Assembly: GCA_937894725.1 (NCBI GenBank)
Contig: CALAYL010000055.1
Span: 21,463-85,462, forward strand
DNA: 64,000 nucleotides
Source of the DNA: an uncultured Bacteroidota bacterium
GTDB lineage: Bacteria > Bacteroidota > Bacteroidia > Chitinophagales > LD1
Reading direction: 5' to 3'
The position numbers and the translations under genes are program-made. The notes beneath the pieces were generated by a model that was given only the letters and a program-made list of their open reading frames with translations, had not been told where the DNA came from and did not search any database. Shown here in pieces: positions 28,131 to 38,086 of the stretch (positions are counted from its first letter, which is position 1; each line of letters begins with the position of its first letter).

Positions 28131-30746
28131 ATGGAATCAAAATATAACCCACTCGACAAAGAAGATAAATGGTATAAATACTGGATGGATAATGAGTTAT
28201 TCAAATCTACACCAGACCATCGAGAGCCATACACTATCGTCATACCTCCTCCCAATGTAACAGGCGTACTCCACATGGGCCATATGCTCAATAATACGAT
28301 TCAAGATATTTTGATTCGAAGAGCAAGAATGCAAGGTAAAAATGCTTGCTGGGTGCCAGGTACAGACCACGCCTCTATAGCTACTGAGGCAAAAGTAGTG
28401 CAGATGTTGCGCGAAAAAGGTATCAAAAAGTCAGATATCACTCGTGAGGAATTTTTGAAATATGCTTTTGAATGGAAAGATAAATATGGCGGCATCATTC
28501 TCGAACAACTCAAAAAACTTGGTGCTTCATGCGATTGGAGTCGTACCCGATTTACAATGGAAGATGATATGAGCGAAGCGGTGATAGATTGTTTTATCGA
28601 TTTATACAAAAAAGGGCTCATCTATCGTGATCTTCGTATGATAAACTGGGATCCTCAGGCACTCACTGTGTTGAGCAACGAAGAGGTATTGCATACAGAA
28701 GAAAACTCTAAGTTATATTATGTACAATATAAGCTAGTATCGGGCGGTGGATTTTTGACTGTAGCCACAGTGCGTCCGGAAACTATCATGGGCGATGTGG
28801 CTATAGCTATAAATCCCCGAGATGAACGTTATAAGACATTGGTAGGGCAAAAAGTAATCGTGCCATTTGTATATCGCGAAGTGCCTATTATAGCCGATGA
28901 TTATGTTGACTTAGAGTTTGGTACAGGCTGCTTGAAAGTAACACCAGCGCACGATACGAACGATTATGAAATTGGCAAACGTCATGGCCTGGAGGTGATC
29001 GATTGTTTTAATCAAGACGGAACTATCAGCGAGGCAGCGGCTTATTTTGTAGGAATGGACAGATTTGAAGCGAGAAAAGAAGCGGCAAAAGAACTTGAAG
29101 CAAAAGGACTTTTACTCAAAACGGAAGATATTCAAAATAAAGTAGGACGTAGTGAGCGTACCAATGCGGTGATAGAACCCCGCTTGTCGTTACAGTGGTT
29201 TGTGGATATGAAAAAATTTTTTGAAAAAAACCCTCAGGTACTCGAAGATGTAATGAGCGATGAGATAGCTTTTCACCCATCGCGCTATAAAAATAGTTAC
29301 AAAAATTGGATAGATAACATCCGAGACTGGTGTGTAAGTCGTCAACTATGGTGGGGGCAGCGTATCCCTGCTTGGTACTTGCCCGATGGTGAATTTGCCG
29401 TAGCCAAAACGAAAGTAGATGCCATAGCACAGTTTAGTGCGAAAGGGTTAACTTTTTCTGAAAATGAAATTAAACAAGACGATGATGTACTCGACACTTG
29501 GTTTTCGTCTTGGCTTTGGCCAATTTCTGTTTTTGACGGTTTTAAAGATCCAAACAACGCAGATATAAAATATTACTATCCTACCAATGACCTAGTCACA
29601 GCTCCAGAAATCATGTTTTTTTGGGTAATGCGTATGATAATGGCAGGCTATGAATGGAGAGGAGAGAAGCCATTCAAAAATGTGTATTACACAGGTATCG
29701 TTCGCGACAAACAGCGAAGAAAAATGAGCAAATCGCTCGGCAATTCACCTAACCCACTTGATCTCATCGCCCAATATGGTGCCGATGGTGTTCGTCTAGG
29801 TATGATGCTTTGTTCACCTGCTGGGAATGATATTTTATTTGATGAAAAACTATGTGAGCAAGGACGAAATTTTTCTAATAAACTTTGGAATGCACTGCGA
29901 TTAATCAAAGGATGGGAAGTTGAAGTGCTAGCCCAACCTGCGGTATGCGCCACAGCAAATAGCTGGTTTGAGGCTAAATTTGCAATAGCCGTAAACGAAA
30001 TTGAAGAGCACTTCACCAATTTTAGAATTAGCGATGCATTGATGGCGCTCTATAAATTGGTGTGGGATGATTTTTGTTCGTGGTATCTCGAAATGATAAA
30101 ACCCGATTATCAACAACCTATTGATGATAAAACACTCGCTGAGGCGATTGCAAATTTTGAAAAACTTGCACAATTGTTGCATCCATTTATGCCGTTTATC
30201 ACAGAAGAGCTATGGTTTAATCTCAATGAACGAAAAGATGGCGAATCTATTAGTATAACCGCATATCCAGTAGTAAACGCACTTTCTAATCCAGCACAAA
30301 GTCTTTTGCAAGAAGGGGAATTAGCCATCCAAATTATCACCGCAATTCGTGAAATCAGAGCTAAAACACAAAAGAAAAATCATGAAACAGTAGATTGTTT
30401 TTATAAAGGCGAATATGAGGTGAAGATCGATGCCATGCAATCGGTGATTGCGAAACTCGCGAAAGTAAATGTATTTGAAAAAGCGACTACAACCGAAGTA
30501 GGTGTGCCGTTTATAGTGAAAGGATATGAGTTTACTGTCATCACTGGAGTTGAAACCAAAGTAGATCCAAAACAATTAGAACAAGAACTTAGTTACGCAC
30601 AAGGCTTTTTGGATAGTATCGATAAGAAATTAGCGAATGAAAAATTTGTGGCAAATGCAAAACCAGAAATCATCGCGAACGAACGCAAAAAGCGAGAAGA
30701 TGCACTAGCTAAAATCAGCGCACTAAAAGAAGCATTGGGGCAATAA
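28131..30746 (+). CDS. valS: Valine--tRNA ligase
   Basis: Class I signatures PPPNVTGVLHMGH (HIGH) and KMSKSLGN (KMSKS), a CP1 editing domain and a C-terminal coiled coil. 871 aa. Confidence 0.96.
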   Translation: MESKYNPLDKEDKWYKYWMDNELFKSTPDHREPYTIVIPPPNVTGVLHMGHMLNNTIQDILIRRARMQGKNACWVPGTDHASIATEAKVVQMLREKGIKKSDITREEFLKYAFEWKDKYGGIILEQLKKLGASCDWSRTRFTMEDDMSEAVIDCFIDLYKKGLIYRDLRMINWDPQALTVLSNEEVLHTEENSKLYYVQYKLVSGGGFLTVATVRPETIMGDVAIAINPRDERYKTLVGQKVIVPFVYREVPIIADDYVDLEFGTGCLKVTPAHDTNDYEIGKRHGLEVIDCFNQDGTISEAAAYFVGMDRFEARKEAAKELEAKGLLLKTEDIQNKVGRSERTNAVIEPRLSLQWFVDMKKFFEKNPQVLEDVMSDEIAFHPSRYKNSYKNWIDNIRDWCVSRQLWWGQRIPAWYLPDGEFAVAKTKVDAIAQFSAKGLTFSENEIKQDDDVLDTWFSSWLWPISVFDGFKDPNNADIKYYYPTNDLVTAPEIMFFWVMRMIMAGYEWRGEKPFKNVYYTGIVRDKQRRKMSKSLGNSPNPLDLIAQYGADGVRLGMMLCSPAGNDILFDEKLCEQGRNFSNKLWNALRLIKGWEVEVLAQPAVCATANSWFEAKFAIAVNEIEEHFTNFRISDALMALYKLVWDDFCSWYLEMIKPDYQQPIDDKTLAEAIANFEKLAQLLHPFMPFITEELWFNLNERKDGESISITAYPVVNALSNPAQSLLQEGELAIQIITAIREIRAKTQKKNHETVDCFYKGEYEVKIDAMQSVIAKLAKVNVFEKATTTEVGVPFIVKGYEFTVITGVETKVDPKQLEQELSYAQGFLDSIDKKLANEKFVANAKPEIIANERKKREDALAKISALKEALGQ

Positions 30747-30890
30747 ACTAGGTATTTTAGTAGAGGATTAAAGGGGATCTTCTCTTTAAATATATTTAGT
30801 CACATGAAGTGGCTTTGCGTATTTTCTAACGAAATTGACATTAGGAAGTTAAATGTAGAAAAGTAAAGCGGCTATAAATACCAAGATTGC

Positions 30891-30898
30891 TAAATTTG
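30891..30898 (+). promoter_or_regulatory. Candidate -7 box TAAATTTG upstream of folD
   Basis: Exact TAnnTTTG match 10 nt upstream of ATG 30909, in a 162-nt intergenic region. Confidence 0.35.
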
Positions 30899-30908
30899 TC
30901 GTTATAAA

Positions 30909-31820
30909 ATGAAAGTAAATATGAGTGCTACACCGCTTATTCTTGATGGCAAAAAACTAGCTGACGATCTTAAAACTGAAATAGCACTTGAAGTTCAATC
31001 AATAATGGCTACAGGTATGCGAGCTCCTCATTTAGCCGCCATATTGGTAGGTAATGATGGCGGTAGTGAAACCTATGTGGGGCACAAAGTCAAAGCTTGC
31101 GAACAAGTGGGTTTTGAGTCTACCATGCTTCGTTTTGAGAATACTATTTCAGAGAATGAACTACTCGCTGAGGTAGAAAAATTAAATCACAATGCTACTA
31201 TTGATGGTTTTATAGTGCAGTTACCTTTGCCTAAAAGCATAAATGCGGATACCATTCTTCAAGCCGTTTCTCCTACTAAGGATGTAGATGGTTTTCACCC
31301 TGTGAATGTAGGTAAAATGGCACTGGGGTTGCCTACATTTGTATCTGCTACTCCTCTTGGTATTACAAAGATTTTAGAGCGATATAAAATTGAAACTTCT
31401 GGAAAACACTGTGTAGTAATAGGGAGAAGTAATATTGTTGGTCGCCCTATGAGCATTTTGCTATCGGGCAATAACCCTACAGGTAATGCTACGGTGACCG
31501 TTTGCCACTCAAAAACAACCAACCTTAAAGAAATATGTAAATCGGCAGACATCATTATTGCAGCCCTCGGAAAACCAGAATTTCTAACCGCTGATATGGT
31601 AAAAGAAGGTGTGGTGGTGATTGATGTGGGCACTACCCGGGTCACAGACGCTACTGCTAAAAACGGATGGAGACTCAAAGGCGATGTGAAATTTGATGAA
31701 GTTGCCCCAAAGTCATCAGCTATAACACCTGTTCCAGGAGGTGTAGGACCTATGACCGTAGTATCTTTACTTTTAAATACCCTCACCGCTTTCAAACAAA
31801 ATAATACCTATGGAAAATAA
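30909..31820 (+). CDS. folD: Bifunctional methylenetetrahydrofolate dehydrogenase / methenyl-THF cyclohydrolase
   Basis: Motifs [41 protein letters not shown] and [10 protein letters not shown]. Confidence 0.93.
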   Translation: MKVNMSATPLILDGKKLADDLKTEIALEVQSIMATGMRAPHLAAILVGNDGGSETYVGHKVKACEQVGFESTMLRFENTISENELLAEVEKLNHNATIDGFIVQLPLPKSINADTILQAVSPTKDVDGFHPVNVGKMALGLPTFVSATPLGITKILERYKIETSGKHCVVIGRSNIVGRPMSILLSGNNPTGNATVTVCHSKTTNLKEICKSADIIIAALGKPEFLTADMVKEGVVVIDVGTTRVTDATAKNGWRLKGDVKFDEVAPKSSAITPVPGGVGPMTVVSLLLNTLTAFKQNNTYGK

Positions 31821-32703
31821 ATTTTCAATTTTCGCTTTGATGGCTATCATTTTGTTGCATACCTCATGTAATCAAAACAAAGAAACCTCTACTGGCGATA
31901 CCCTTTTTTCTGATACTCAAGCTAACTCAATAAGAGTGACCAAAGTGGATGGTAAACTCGCCTATGAAAAGGGCGAAACCCATTTTGACCTCCTCGAACT
32001 CATTGGTAAATCTCCTGCTACACTTGTTACTACCGTTACATCTACAGAGAAAAGACCCTTGAGTGATGAAACTGGTGGCGAAAAAAGTTTTTTGATTAAA
32101 GTAAAAAGCTTAGATGGCACAGAAAATATAGATTGGCAAAAAGAAGTCAAAGCTGCTGATGTGGATTTTGGCATGAAACTACTTACGGTACACAGTCCTG
32201 TGAAAGATGCTTTCGAAGATTCATATACTTTTTACAATATCCGAAACGGAAAAAAAATAATGGATTTTACATATGGAGAACTGCGTGTTCTCATTCCTAA
32301 CACCAGTGAAAAACGATTTTTCGGCTATTTGTCGAATGCCAATTCTTTGGGTGAAAAGGTCGAAGGCGGTATAATCACTTTTGCTAGTAGCGATGGAGCA
32401 ATACAAAAAATCGCATTAACTGGTCAAAAAAATCTAGTGCCCCAATATACTCCCGAGATGCAAATACTCAAAGCACAAGATGCCAATTATCAAATCACAC
32501 CAGATGGAAAAACAATCATTTTGCCAAGCTTAAATCAAGATTTCAAATCGACCGATATTAGCGGTTTTGCATTTAAGGTAGTACTGTATGAGGAAAATAA
32601 TCCCGATGCATTTGAGATATTGTTGCCTATCAACAATGACAAAATTGATTTGGGCAATGCCCAATACGATAAGGCTAAATTTACGTTAAAATTGATAGAC
32701 TAG
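31810..32703 (+). CDS. Hypothetical lipoprotein
   Basis: Lipobox ILLHTSC. No recognisable domain. Its ATG overlaps the folD 3' end by 11 nt, and queE starts 4 nt after its stop. Confidence 0.45.
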   Translation: MENKFSIFALMAIILLHTSCNQNKETSTGDTLFSDTQANSIRVTKVDGKLAYEKGETHFDLLELIGKSPATLVTTVTSTEKRPLSDETGGEKSFLIKVKSLDGTENIDWQKEVKAADVDFGMKLLTVHSPVKDAFEDSYTFYNIRNGKKIMDFTYGELRVLIPNTSEKRFFGYLSNANSLGEKVEGGIITFASSDGAIQKIALTGQKNLVPQYTPEMQILKAQDANYQITPDGKTIILPSLNQDFKSTDISGFAFKVVLYEENNPDAFEILLPINNDKIDLGNAQYDKAKFTLKLID

Positions 32704-32707
32704 ATAG

Positions 32708-33325
32708 ATGTCTATTACACAAAAGCCAACAAAATTTCCTGTAATGGAACACTTCTACACTGTACAGGGTGAAGGGGCGTACCAAGGCTGTGCTGCATAT
32801 TTTGTGCGCTTAGGCGGTTGCGATGTGCAATGCCCATGGTGCGATGTAAAAGAGTCGTGGGACAGCACAAAGCATGCAAAATACACCATCTCAGAAATCG
32901 TAAACTGGGTATTTGAAGCAGAAGCTAAACTTGTAGTCATAACAGGAGGTGAACCGAGCATGTATGACCTCACAGCGCTTACGGCTGCATTGGGAGAAAA
33001 GCAAATCCGCATCCATATCGAAACTGCTGCTCCCTATCTACTCAAAGGGCAATTTGATTGGGTTACAATTTCGCCAAAGCGATATTCTTTGCCACATGAT
33101 GAAAATATGTTAAAAGCGCATGAGTTGAAAGTTATCATCAATCATAGGAACGATTTTCGATTTGCAGAAGAGTATGCAGCTAAAGTATCTAATCAATGTC
33201 TGTTATTTCTTCAACCCGAGTGGCAACAAGAAGATGAATTTTTGCCTCTCATAATTGGATATGTAAAGTCGAATCCTCAGTGGCGCATTTCGCTCCAAGT
33301 CCATAAATACATGAACATCCCTTAA
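32708..33325 (+). CDS. queE: 7-carboxy-7-deazaguanine synthase (radical SAM)
   Basis: N-terminus E.FYTVQGEG...G....FVRLGGCDVQCPWCD (CxxxCxxC cluster) with a length of about 205 aa. Confidence 0.85.
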   Translation: MSITQKPTKFPVMEHFYTVQGEGAYQGCAAYFVRLGGCDVQCPWCDVKESWDSTKHAKYTISEIVNWVFEAEAKLVVITGGEPSMYDLTALTAALGEKQIRIHIETAAPYLLKGQFDWVTISPKRYSLPHDENMLKAHELKVIINHRNDFRFAEEYAAKVSNQCLLFLQPEWQQEDEFLPLIIGYVKSNPQWRISLQVHKYMNIP

Positions 33326-33335
33326 ATCTATTGTA

Positions 33336-35258
33336 ATGCTTAAATCTATTGTCCCATATTTCTTTTTGATTTTTTTAGTGAATTGCTCTACTGCGCAGAC
33401 AGTGACATTGAGCAACAGTTCAAAAAAAACAAAAGAAAGCTATCAAAGTGCTGATTTAGCTTTTGCTATGGGCAAAAAAATAGAAGCTACGAGTATCTTG
33501 ACGAATTTGCTTGCAGGTCAACCCAATTTTGTAGATGGATGGTGGTTATTAGGAAAAGTATATTTTGATTTATCAAAAAAATACGACTCTGCTGCCCTCG
33601 CTTTTGACAAAGTAAAGGCGCTAAAAGCAAACTATAGTCCTGAGTTGGATTATATGCGTGGGCAGTCCTATATGTATGCTGGAGACTATGTTTCTGCTCA
33701 AAAAATACTAACTGAATTGAGCACTCAAAAACTCAGTGACGCTAATGCTAAGCAGGTAGATAATTTGCTAAAAAGCTGCGATTTTGCTATCACCTCAAAA
33801 CAATCACCAAAGCAATTCAATCCTGTGAATTTGGGGCCAGATGTAAATACGGACCAAGATGAATTGATGCCTTCTGTAACTGCCGATGAACGATTTTTAT
33901 ATTTTACAAAACATGAAAAAATAGGTAGAGCCTCAGATGAAAATATCTTCATGAGTGAATTGATAGATGGCAAATACACCAATACGCAATTGGTAGATCG
34001 ACCTATATCTACTGATGAATATTTCGAAGGAGCCACTTGTATATCGCCTAGTGGGAAATATTTATTTTTTACCTCTTGTGGCAGACCAGATGGAATGGGC
34101 GATTGTGATAATTATTATACAAAACGTGTCGTAGGCGGTTGGGATAGGCCTAAGAATTTGGGAAGCAAAGTAAATACACCGGGCTGGGATATTCAGCCTT
34201 GTATTTCTGCCGATGGTCGTACACTTTACTTTGCATCGCGCAGACTTGGTGGTTTTGGGGGGCTAGACCTTTGGAGCACTTCCTTGGGCGATGATTTTAA
34301 CTGGACCACTCCTGTAAATTTGGGCCCAAACATCAATACAGAAAAAGATGAAGAGCGCCCATTCATACATCCAGATGATAAGACGCTTTATTTTTCATCT
34401 GATGGTTGGCCAGGCTTCGGTAGTTCGGATTTTTATTATGCCAAAAAAGATGCAGCAGGACAGTGGTCAAAACCAGTAAATCTTGGTTTCCCGATCAACT
34501 CGCCAGGCGATGAAATAGGTCTAGCGATTACCACCGATGGTAAGACTGCGTACATGGGCTCTGAAAGGCCAGGAGGTTATGGTGGTCTTGATATTTATAA
34601 ATTTGAATTGGACGAAACTGTGCAACCACTCCATGTAACCTACATTAAGGGTCGCGTATTTGATGACGCGACTAAAGCACCTCTAAAAGCCATTATTACC
34701 TTGTTTGATTTAGATGATAACGGTAAAGTATTTGGTACGTTGAGTTCTGAAGAAACTAAAGGTGAGTTTTTGGCTACTATTCCTTATGGCAATGATTATG
34801 CTTGTGCGGTTAGTAAAGAGGGTTATTTGTTTTATTCAGCCAATTTTTCGCTCAAAAATTTCACTAAAAGTGAGCCCTATCTATTGGATATTTATTTAAA
34901 GAAAATTGAAGTTGGCAAATCGGTAGTTTTGAACAATATATTTTTTGAAGTAAATAAATTTGAACTCCGTGATGTATCTAAGACGGAGCTTAATCAGTTG
35001 GTAGATTTATTAAATAAAAACAAAACACTAAAAATTGAGTTGAGCGGGCATACAGACAATTCTGGTATCGAAGCCGAAAATAAAGTTTTGTCTGAGAATA
35101 GAGCGAAGTCTGTTTATAATTTTCTCGTATCAAATGGTATTAGCGAAAATCGATTATCATACAAGGGATATGGTAGTAGTAAACCAATAGTCGAGAATAA
35201 AACAGAAGAGGGAAAGGCCAGGAATAGACGTACAGAATTTGTCGTAACAGGATTGTAA
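33336..35258 (+). CDS. OmpA-family protein with TPR, TolB-like beta-propeller repeats and C-terminal OmpA peptidoglycan-binding domain
   Basis: Signal peptide, repeated D...P..S.DG..LYF.S motifs (WD40-like/TolB repeats), and C-terminal NNIFFE.NK..L...S...L..L...L.....L.IELSGHTDN.G....N..LS..RA..V...L...GI...RL...GYG...P...N.....RA.NRRTEF. Confidence 0.8.
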   Translation: MLKSIVPYFFLIFLVNCSTAQTVTLSNSSKKTKESYQSADLAFAMGKKIEATSILTNLLAGQPNFVDGWWLLGKVYFDLSKKYDSAALAFDKVKALKANYSPELDYMRGQSYMYAGDYVSAQKILTELSTQKLSDANAKQVDNLLKSCDFAITSKQSPKQFNPVNLGPDVNTDQDELMPSVTADERFLYFTKHEKIGRASDENIFMSELIDGKYTNTQLVDRPISTDEYFEGATCISPSGKYLFFTSCGRPDGMGDCDNYYTKRVVGGWDRPKNLGSKVNTPGWDIQPCISADGRTLYFASRRLGGFGGLDLWSTSLGDDFNWTTPVNLGPNINTEKDEERPFIHPDDKTLYFSSDGWPGFGSSDFYYAKKDAAGQWSKPVNLGFPINSPGDEIGLAITTDGKTAYMGSERPGGYGGLDIYKFELDETVQPLHVTYIKGRVFDDATKAPLKAIITLFDLDDNGKVFGTLSSEETKGEFLATIPYGNDYACAVSKEGYLFYSANFSLKNFTKSEPYLLDIYLKKIEVGKSVVLNNIFFEVNKFELRDVSKTELNQLVDLLNKNKTLKIELSGHTDNSGIEAENKVLSENRAKSVYNFLVSNGISENRLSYKGYGSSKPIVENKTEEGKARNRRTEFVVTGL

Positions 35259-35323
35259 AGTGCAAAGTGAATAATAAATCATAATTGCTTTTTTTAGAAA
35301 AACTAAAATTTGTATAATTGAGG

Positions 35324-36517
35324 ATGCTTAAGCGTACAAAGAAGATCCTTACTATTACCCAATTTCAGCTCCGTGAATTTGTAAAGACACTTACCAGCGG
35401 TGGTAATATCGTCATTACTTGCGCTGCAATATCATTGATACTGGCTAATGGACCTTTGGGGAAATCTTTTGTCGGTTTTTGGCACCATACGGTACAGCCT
35501 CCTTTCTTGCCTAAAGCATTTAGTGTAGAGGCTTTCATTAATGATGTGTTGATGAGTTTCTTTTTCCTATTAGTAGGCTTAGAGATTAAACGAGAGATGC
35601 TTGTAGGCGCATTGTCTGATTTGAAGAAGGCGGCATTGCCATTGGCTGGAGCTATAGGAGGCATGTTGGTGCCAGCGCTAATTTATATTGCTTTTAATCA
35701 TGACACTACTCAAGCACATGGCTGGGCTATTCCTATGGCAACAGATATTGCTTTTGCGCTGGCTATATTAAATTTACTTAAAGGACGAGTGCACCAAAAC
35801 CTACTTGTGTTACTTACTACATTAGCTGTAGCAGACGATTTGGGTGCTGTATTAGTTATCGCATTGTTTTATACCGACCAAATTCAACTTTGGGCAATAG
35901 GAGGTATGGCATCTACCATGGCGGTGTTAATGTATCTCAACCACAAAACCGTAACTTCCTATTTGTGGTATGTGATATTCGGAGTAGTGCTTTGGATATT
36001 TACTGCTATGAGTGGTATTCATGCCACTGTTGCTGGAGTTTTACTTGCCTTTACTATTCCAATTTCGAACGATGAAAAAGCCCCTTTCAACTTATTGGTT
36101 GATTTTTTAGAAGAGCCAGTCAATTATGTAATACTGCCAATCTTTGCACTTTGCAATACAGCTGTGCAACTTCGTCCACAATATATTTCAGAACTGAGCT
36201 CTCCAGTTGCATTGGGTATAATAATCGGCTTGTTTGTGGGTAAAAGCATAGGGATTTTTAGTTTTTCATTTCTTTCATCGTTGCTAAAAATTGGGCAACT
36301 TCCGAGTTTTGTAAATTGGAAACAAGTTTTTGGAATCAGTATATTGGGCGGGATTGGATTTACCATGTCGATATTTGTGACCTTACTGGCATTCACCGAT
36401 TACACTGAAATAGAAGCAGCTAAATTGTACATTATCTTTGGCTCGTTTACCTCCGCTGTAATAGGGATAGCCTATCTTAGGTTTGTATCTAAACCTATGC
36501 CTGAATCTAACGAGTAG
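35324..36517 (+). CDS. nhaA: Na+/H+ antiporter NhaA
   Basis: Multi-TM protein with FFLLVGLEIKRE and LAVADDLGAVLVIALFY (the NhaA DD motif). ATG 35324 is preferred over TTG 35318. Confidence 0.88.
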   Translation: MLKRTKKILTITQFQLREFVKTLTSGGNIVITCAAISLILANGPLGKSFVGFWHHTVQPPFLPKAFSVEAFINDVLMSFFFLLVGLEIKREMLVGALSDLKKAALPLAGAIGGMLVPALIYIAFNHDTTQAHGWAIPMATDIAFALAILNLLKGRVHQNLLVLLTTLAVADDLGAVLVIALFYTDQIQLWAIGGMASTMAVLMYLNHKTVTSYLWYVIFGVVLWIFTAMSGIHATVAGVLLAFTIPISNDEKAPFNLLVDFLEEPVNYVILPIFALCNTAVQLRPQYISELSSPVALGIIIGLFVGKSIGIFSFSFLSSLLKIGQLPSFVNWKQVFGISILGGIGFTMSIFVTLLAFTDYTEIEAAKLYIIFGSFTSAVIGIAYLRFVSKPMPESNE

Positions 36518-36963
36518 TGCGCTTTTTCATAGTATGGTAATCGCTCGTTCATTTTTACTTCGATCCATTGGATTAATTCTGCTGGGTTAAAATTAGCAAG
36601 CAGCGGTCTGTTAGACAAATCTGTTTTCAATAGCTTTTTGACAATATTTTCGATGCTGTCATTGAGATGCAGTACAGTTCCGTTTTTTAGCATCCAATCC
36701 ATGTTGTCAAAAAAACAAGGGGTACCCCCCCCCGTTGACACCACTATATTTGACGTTAGATTTTTTAAATAAGATGATTCTTTTTCTCGAAAATAATCTT
36801 CCCCTTTTGAACGAAAAATATCGGAAATACTTTTTCCTTCTTTTTCTTCAATAAAGGCATCTAAATCTACAAAGGGAAGCTGATGTTTGAGCGCATAAGT
36901 TTTGCCAAATGTAGTTTTGCCTACACCAGTGAAACCCACAATAAACAACGGAAGCGGATACAT
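36472..36963 (-). CDS. aroK: Shikimate kinase
   Basis: P-loop GFTGVGKTTFGK, D..IE and STGGG motifs. 163 aa. Its 3' end overlaps nhaA by 46 nt. Confidence 0.85.
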   Translation of the reverse strand: MYPLPLFIVGFTGVGKTTFGKTYALKHQLPFVDLDAFIEEKEGKSISDIFRSKGEDYFREKESSYLKNLTSNIVVSTGGGTPCFFDNMDWMLKNGTVLHLNDSIENIVKKLLKTDLSNRPLLANFNPAELIQWIEVKMNERLPYYEKAHYSLDSGIGLDTNLR

Positions 36964-36965
36964 AT

Positions 36966-38048
36966 TTACGCCTTTACAATCACTCGAGGGTCGAGTACAG
37001 AATAAAGCAAGTCTGTCATTATATTTACAATTACAAAAACGACTGCAACGAGCAATACAGCTCCCATCACCACAGGAAAATCAAAATTCTTTAAAGAATT
37101 GACGGTCTGCAATCCTAGTCCATCATAATTAAACACTGTTTCGATAAAATAGGCCCCAGTAAGTAATGCTGCTAACCAACCCGATATAGAAGTCAGTACA
37201 GGATTTAGCGCATTGCGAAGGGTATGCTTGTAGATAACTTTGTTTTCGCTCAATCCCTTTGCTCGAGCCGTGCGCACATAGTCTTGTGTGATAGCATCTA
37301 GCATAGATGAGCGAGTGAGCTGCGCTATAATTCCAATAGGTCGAATACCTAGTGCCACCACAGGCAAAATCAAGTTTTTCCATACATATACTTCATCACC
37401 CAAATCATTGAGTACTATAAGGGAGCCTTGATGATTTAACCCAGTATAGTCGCTCCAGTAATAACCGAAAAATATAGCTATCAAAAAGCCCGAAAAAAAA
37501 GCTGGCTGAGATATACCCATCACAGAGCCTGTGAGAATAAAATTATCCCAAAATGAATATTGACGTAAGGCAGAAAATATGCCTAAAAATATGCCAATGA
37601 TACTTGCTAAAATCATAGCGAAAAGACCTAGCAGAGCAGTCGGCACCATCTTTTCAGAAAGAATGTCGGCTACTTTTCTTCGTGTTTGAAATGAGCGACC
37701 TAAATCTGGTGATTTTAAGACAATTTGATAATCGCTTTTATGGAAAAGTAAAGTTACATTACGTTGTTCGAGTCCGAGGTGAGTAGGATGGTTTTCATCT
37801 TTTGTGTTATGAAATGAAATAGGTGATAAATCGTTGAAGTAATATCCTAGTCTTTCATACCACGGTAAATTGAGTCTAAATTCTTTTTCGATAGCGGCTA
37901 CCGAAGCCGTATCTGCTCGTTGACCTAGTGTCATACGAGCGCTATTTACAGGCAACACATTAAACAATAAAAATATAAAAACCACCACACCTATGATGAC
38001 TAAAATGCCTGATAGCAATCGTTTCCATACAAAGTCAATAATATTCAT
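36966..38048 (-). CDS. ABC transporter permease, DppB/OppB (peptide/nickel) type
   Basis: N-terminus F..KRLL..I.V..GV....F, six TM segments and the EAA-loop DYVRTARAKGLSE..V..KH.LRNAL. No cognate ATPase, second permease or binding protein is adjacent. Confidence 0.82.
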   Translation of the reverse strand: MNIIDFVWKRLLSGILVIIGVVVFIFLLFNVLPVNSARMTLGQRADTASVAAIEKEFRLNLPWYERLGYYFNDLSPISFHNTKDENHPTHLGLEQRNVTLLFHKSDYQIVLKSPDLGRSFQTRRKVADILSEKMVPTALLGLFAMILASIIGIFLGIFSALRQYSFWDNFILTGSVMGISQPAFFSGFLIAIFFGYYWSDYTGLNHQGSLIVLNDLGDEVYVWKNLILPVVALGIRPIGIIAQLTRSSMLDAITQDYVRTARAKGLSENKVIYKHTLRNALNPVLTSISGWLAALLTGAYFIETVFNYDGLGLQTVNSLKNFDFPVVMGAVLLVAVVFVIVNIMTDLLYSVLDPRVIVKA

Positions 38049-38086
38049 TTAGCTAAAGTGCAAAGGTTTACTAATCGAAATATACA

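Noticed and set aside
30804-30866. A 20-codon small ORF (MKWLCVFSNEIDIRKLNVEK) in the valS-folD spacer that could be a leader peptide.
   Set aside because: It has no run of regulatory codons and no associated terminator/antiterminator structure. It lies upstream of the candidate folD -7 box, so it would not be on the folD transcript. It is most likely chance.
30747-30908. Possible riboswitches upstream of folD (THF), guaA (purine) and queE (preQ1).
   Set aside because: I could not fold any of these spacers into the conserved cores of those riboswitch classes. queE has only a 4-nt spacer, and the guaA and folD spacers carry promoter boxes too close to the ATG to leave room for an aptamer. An Rfam scan would settle it.
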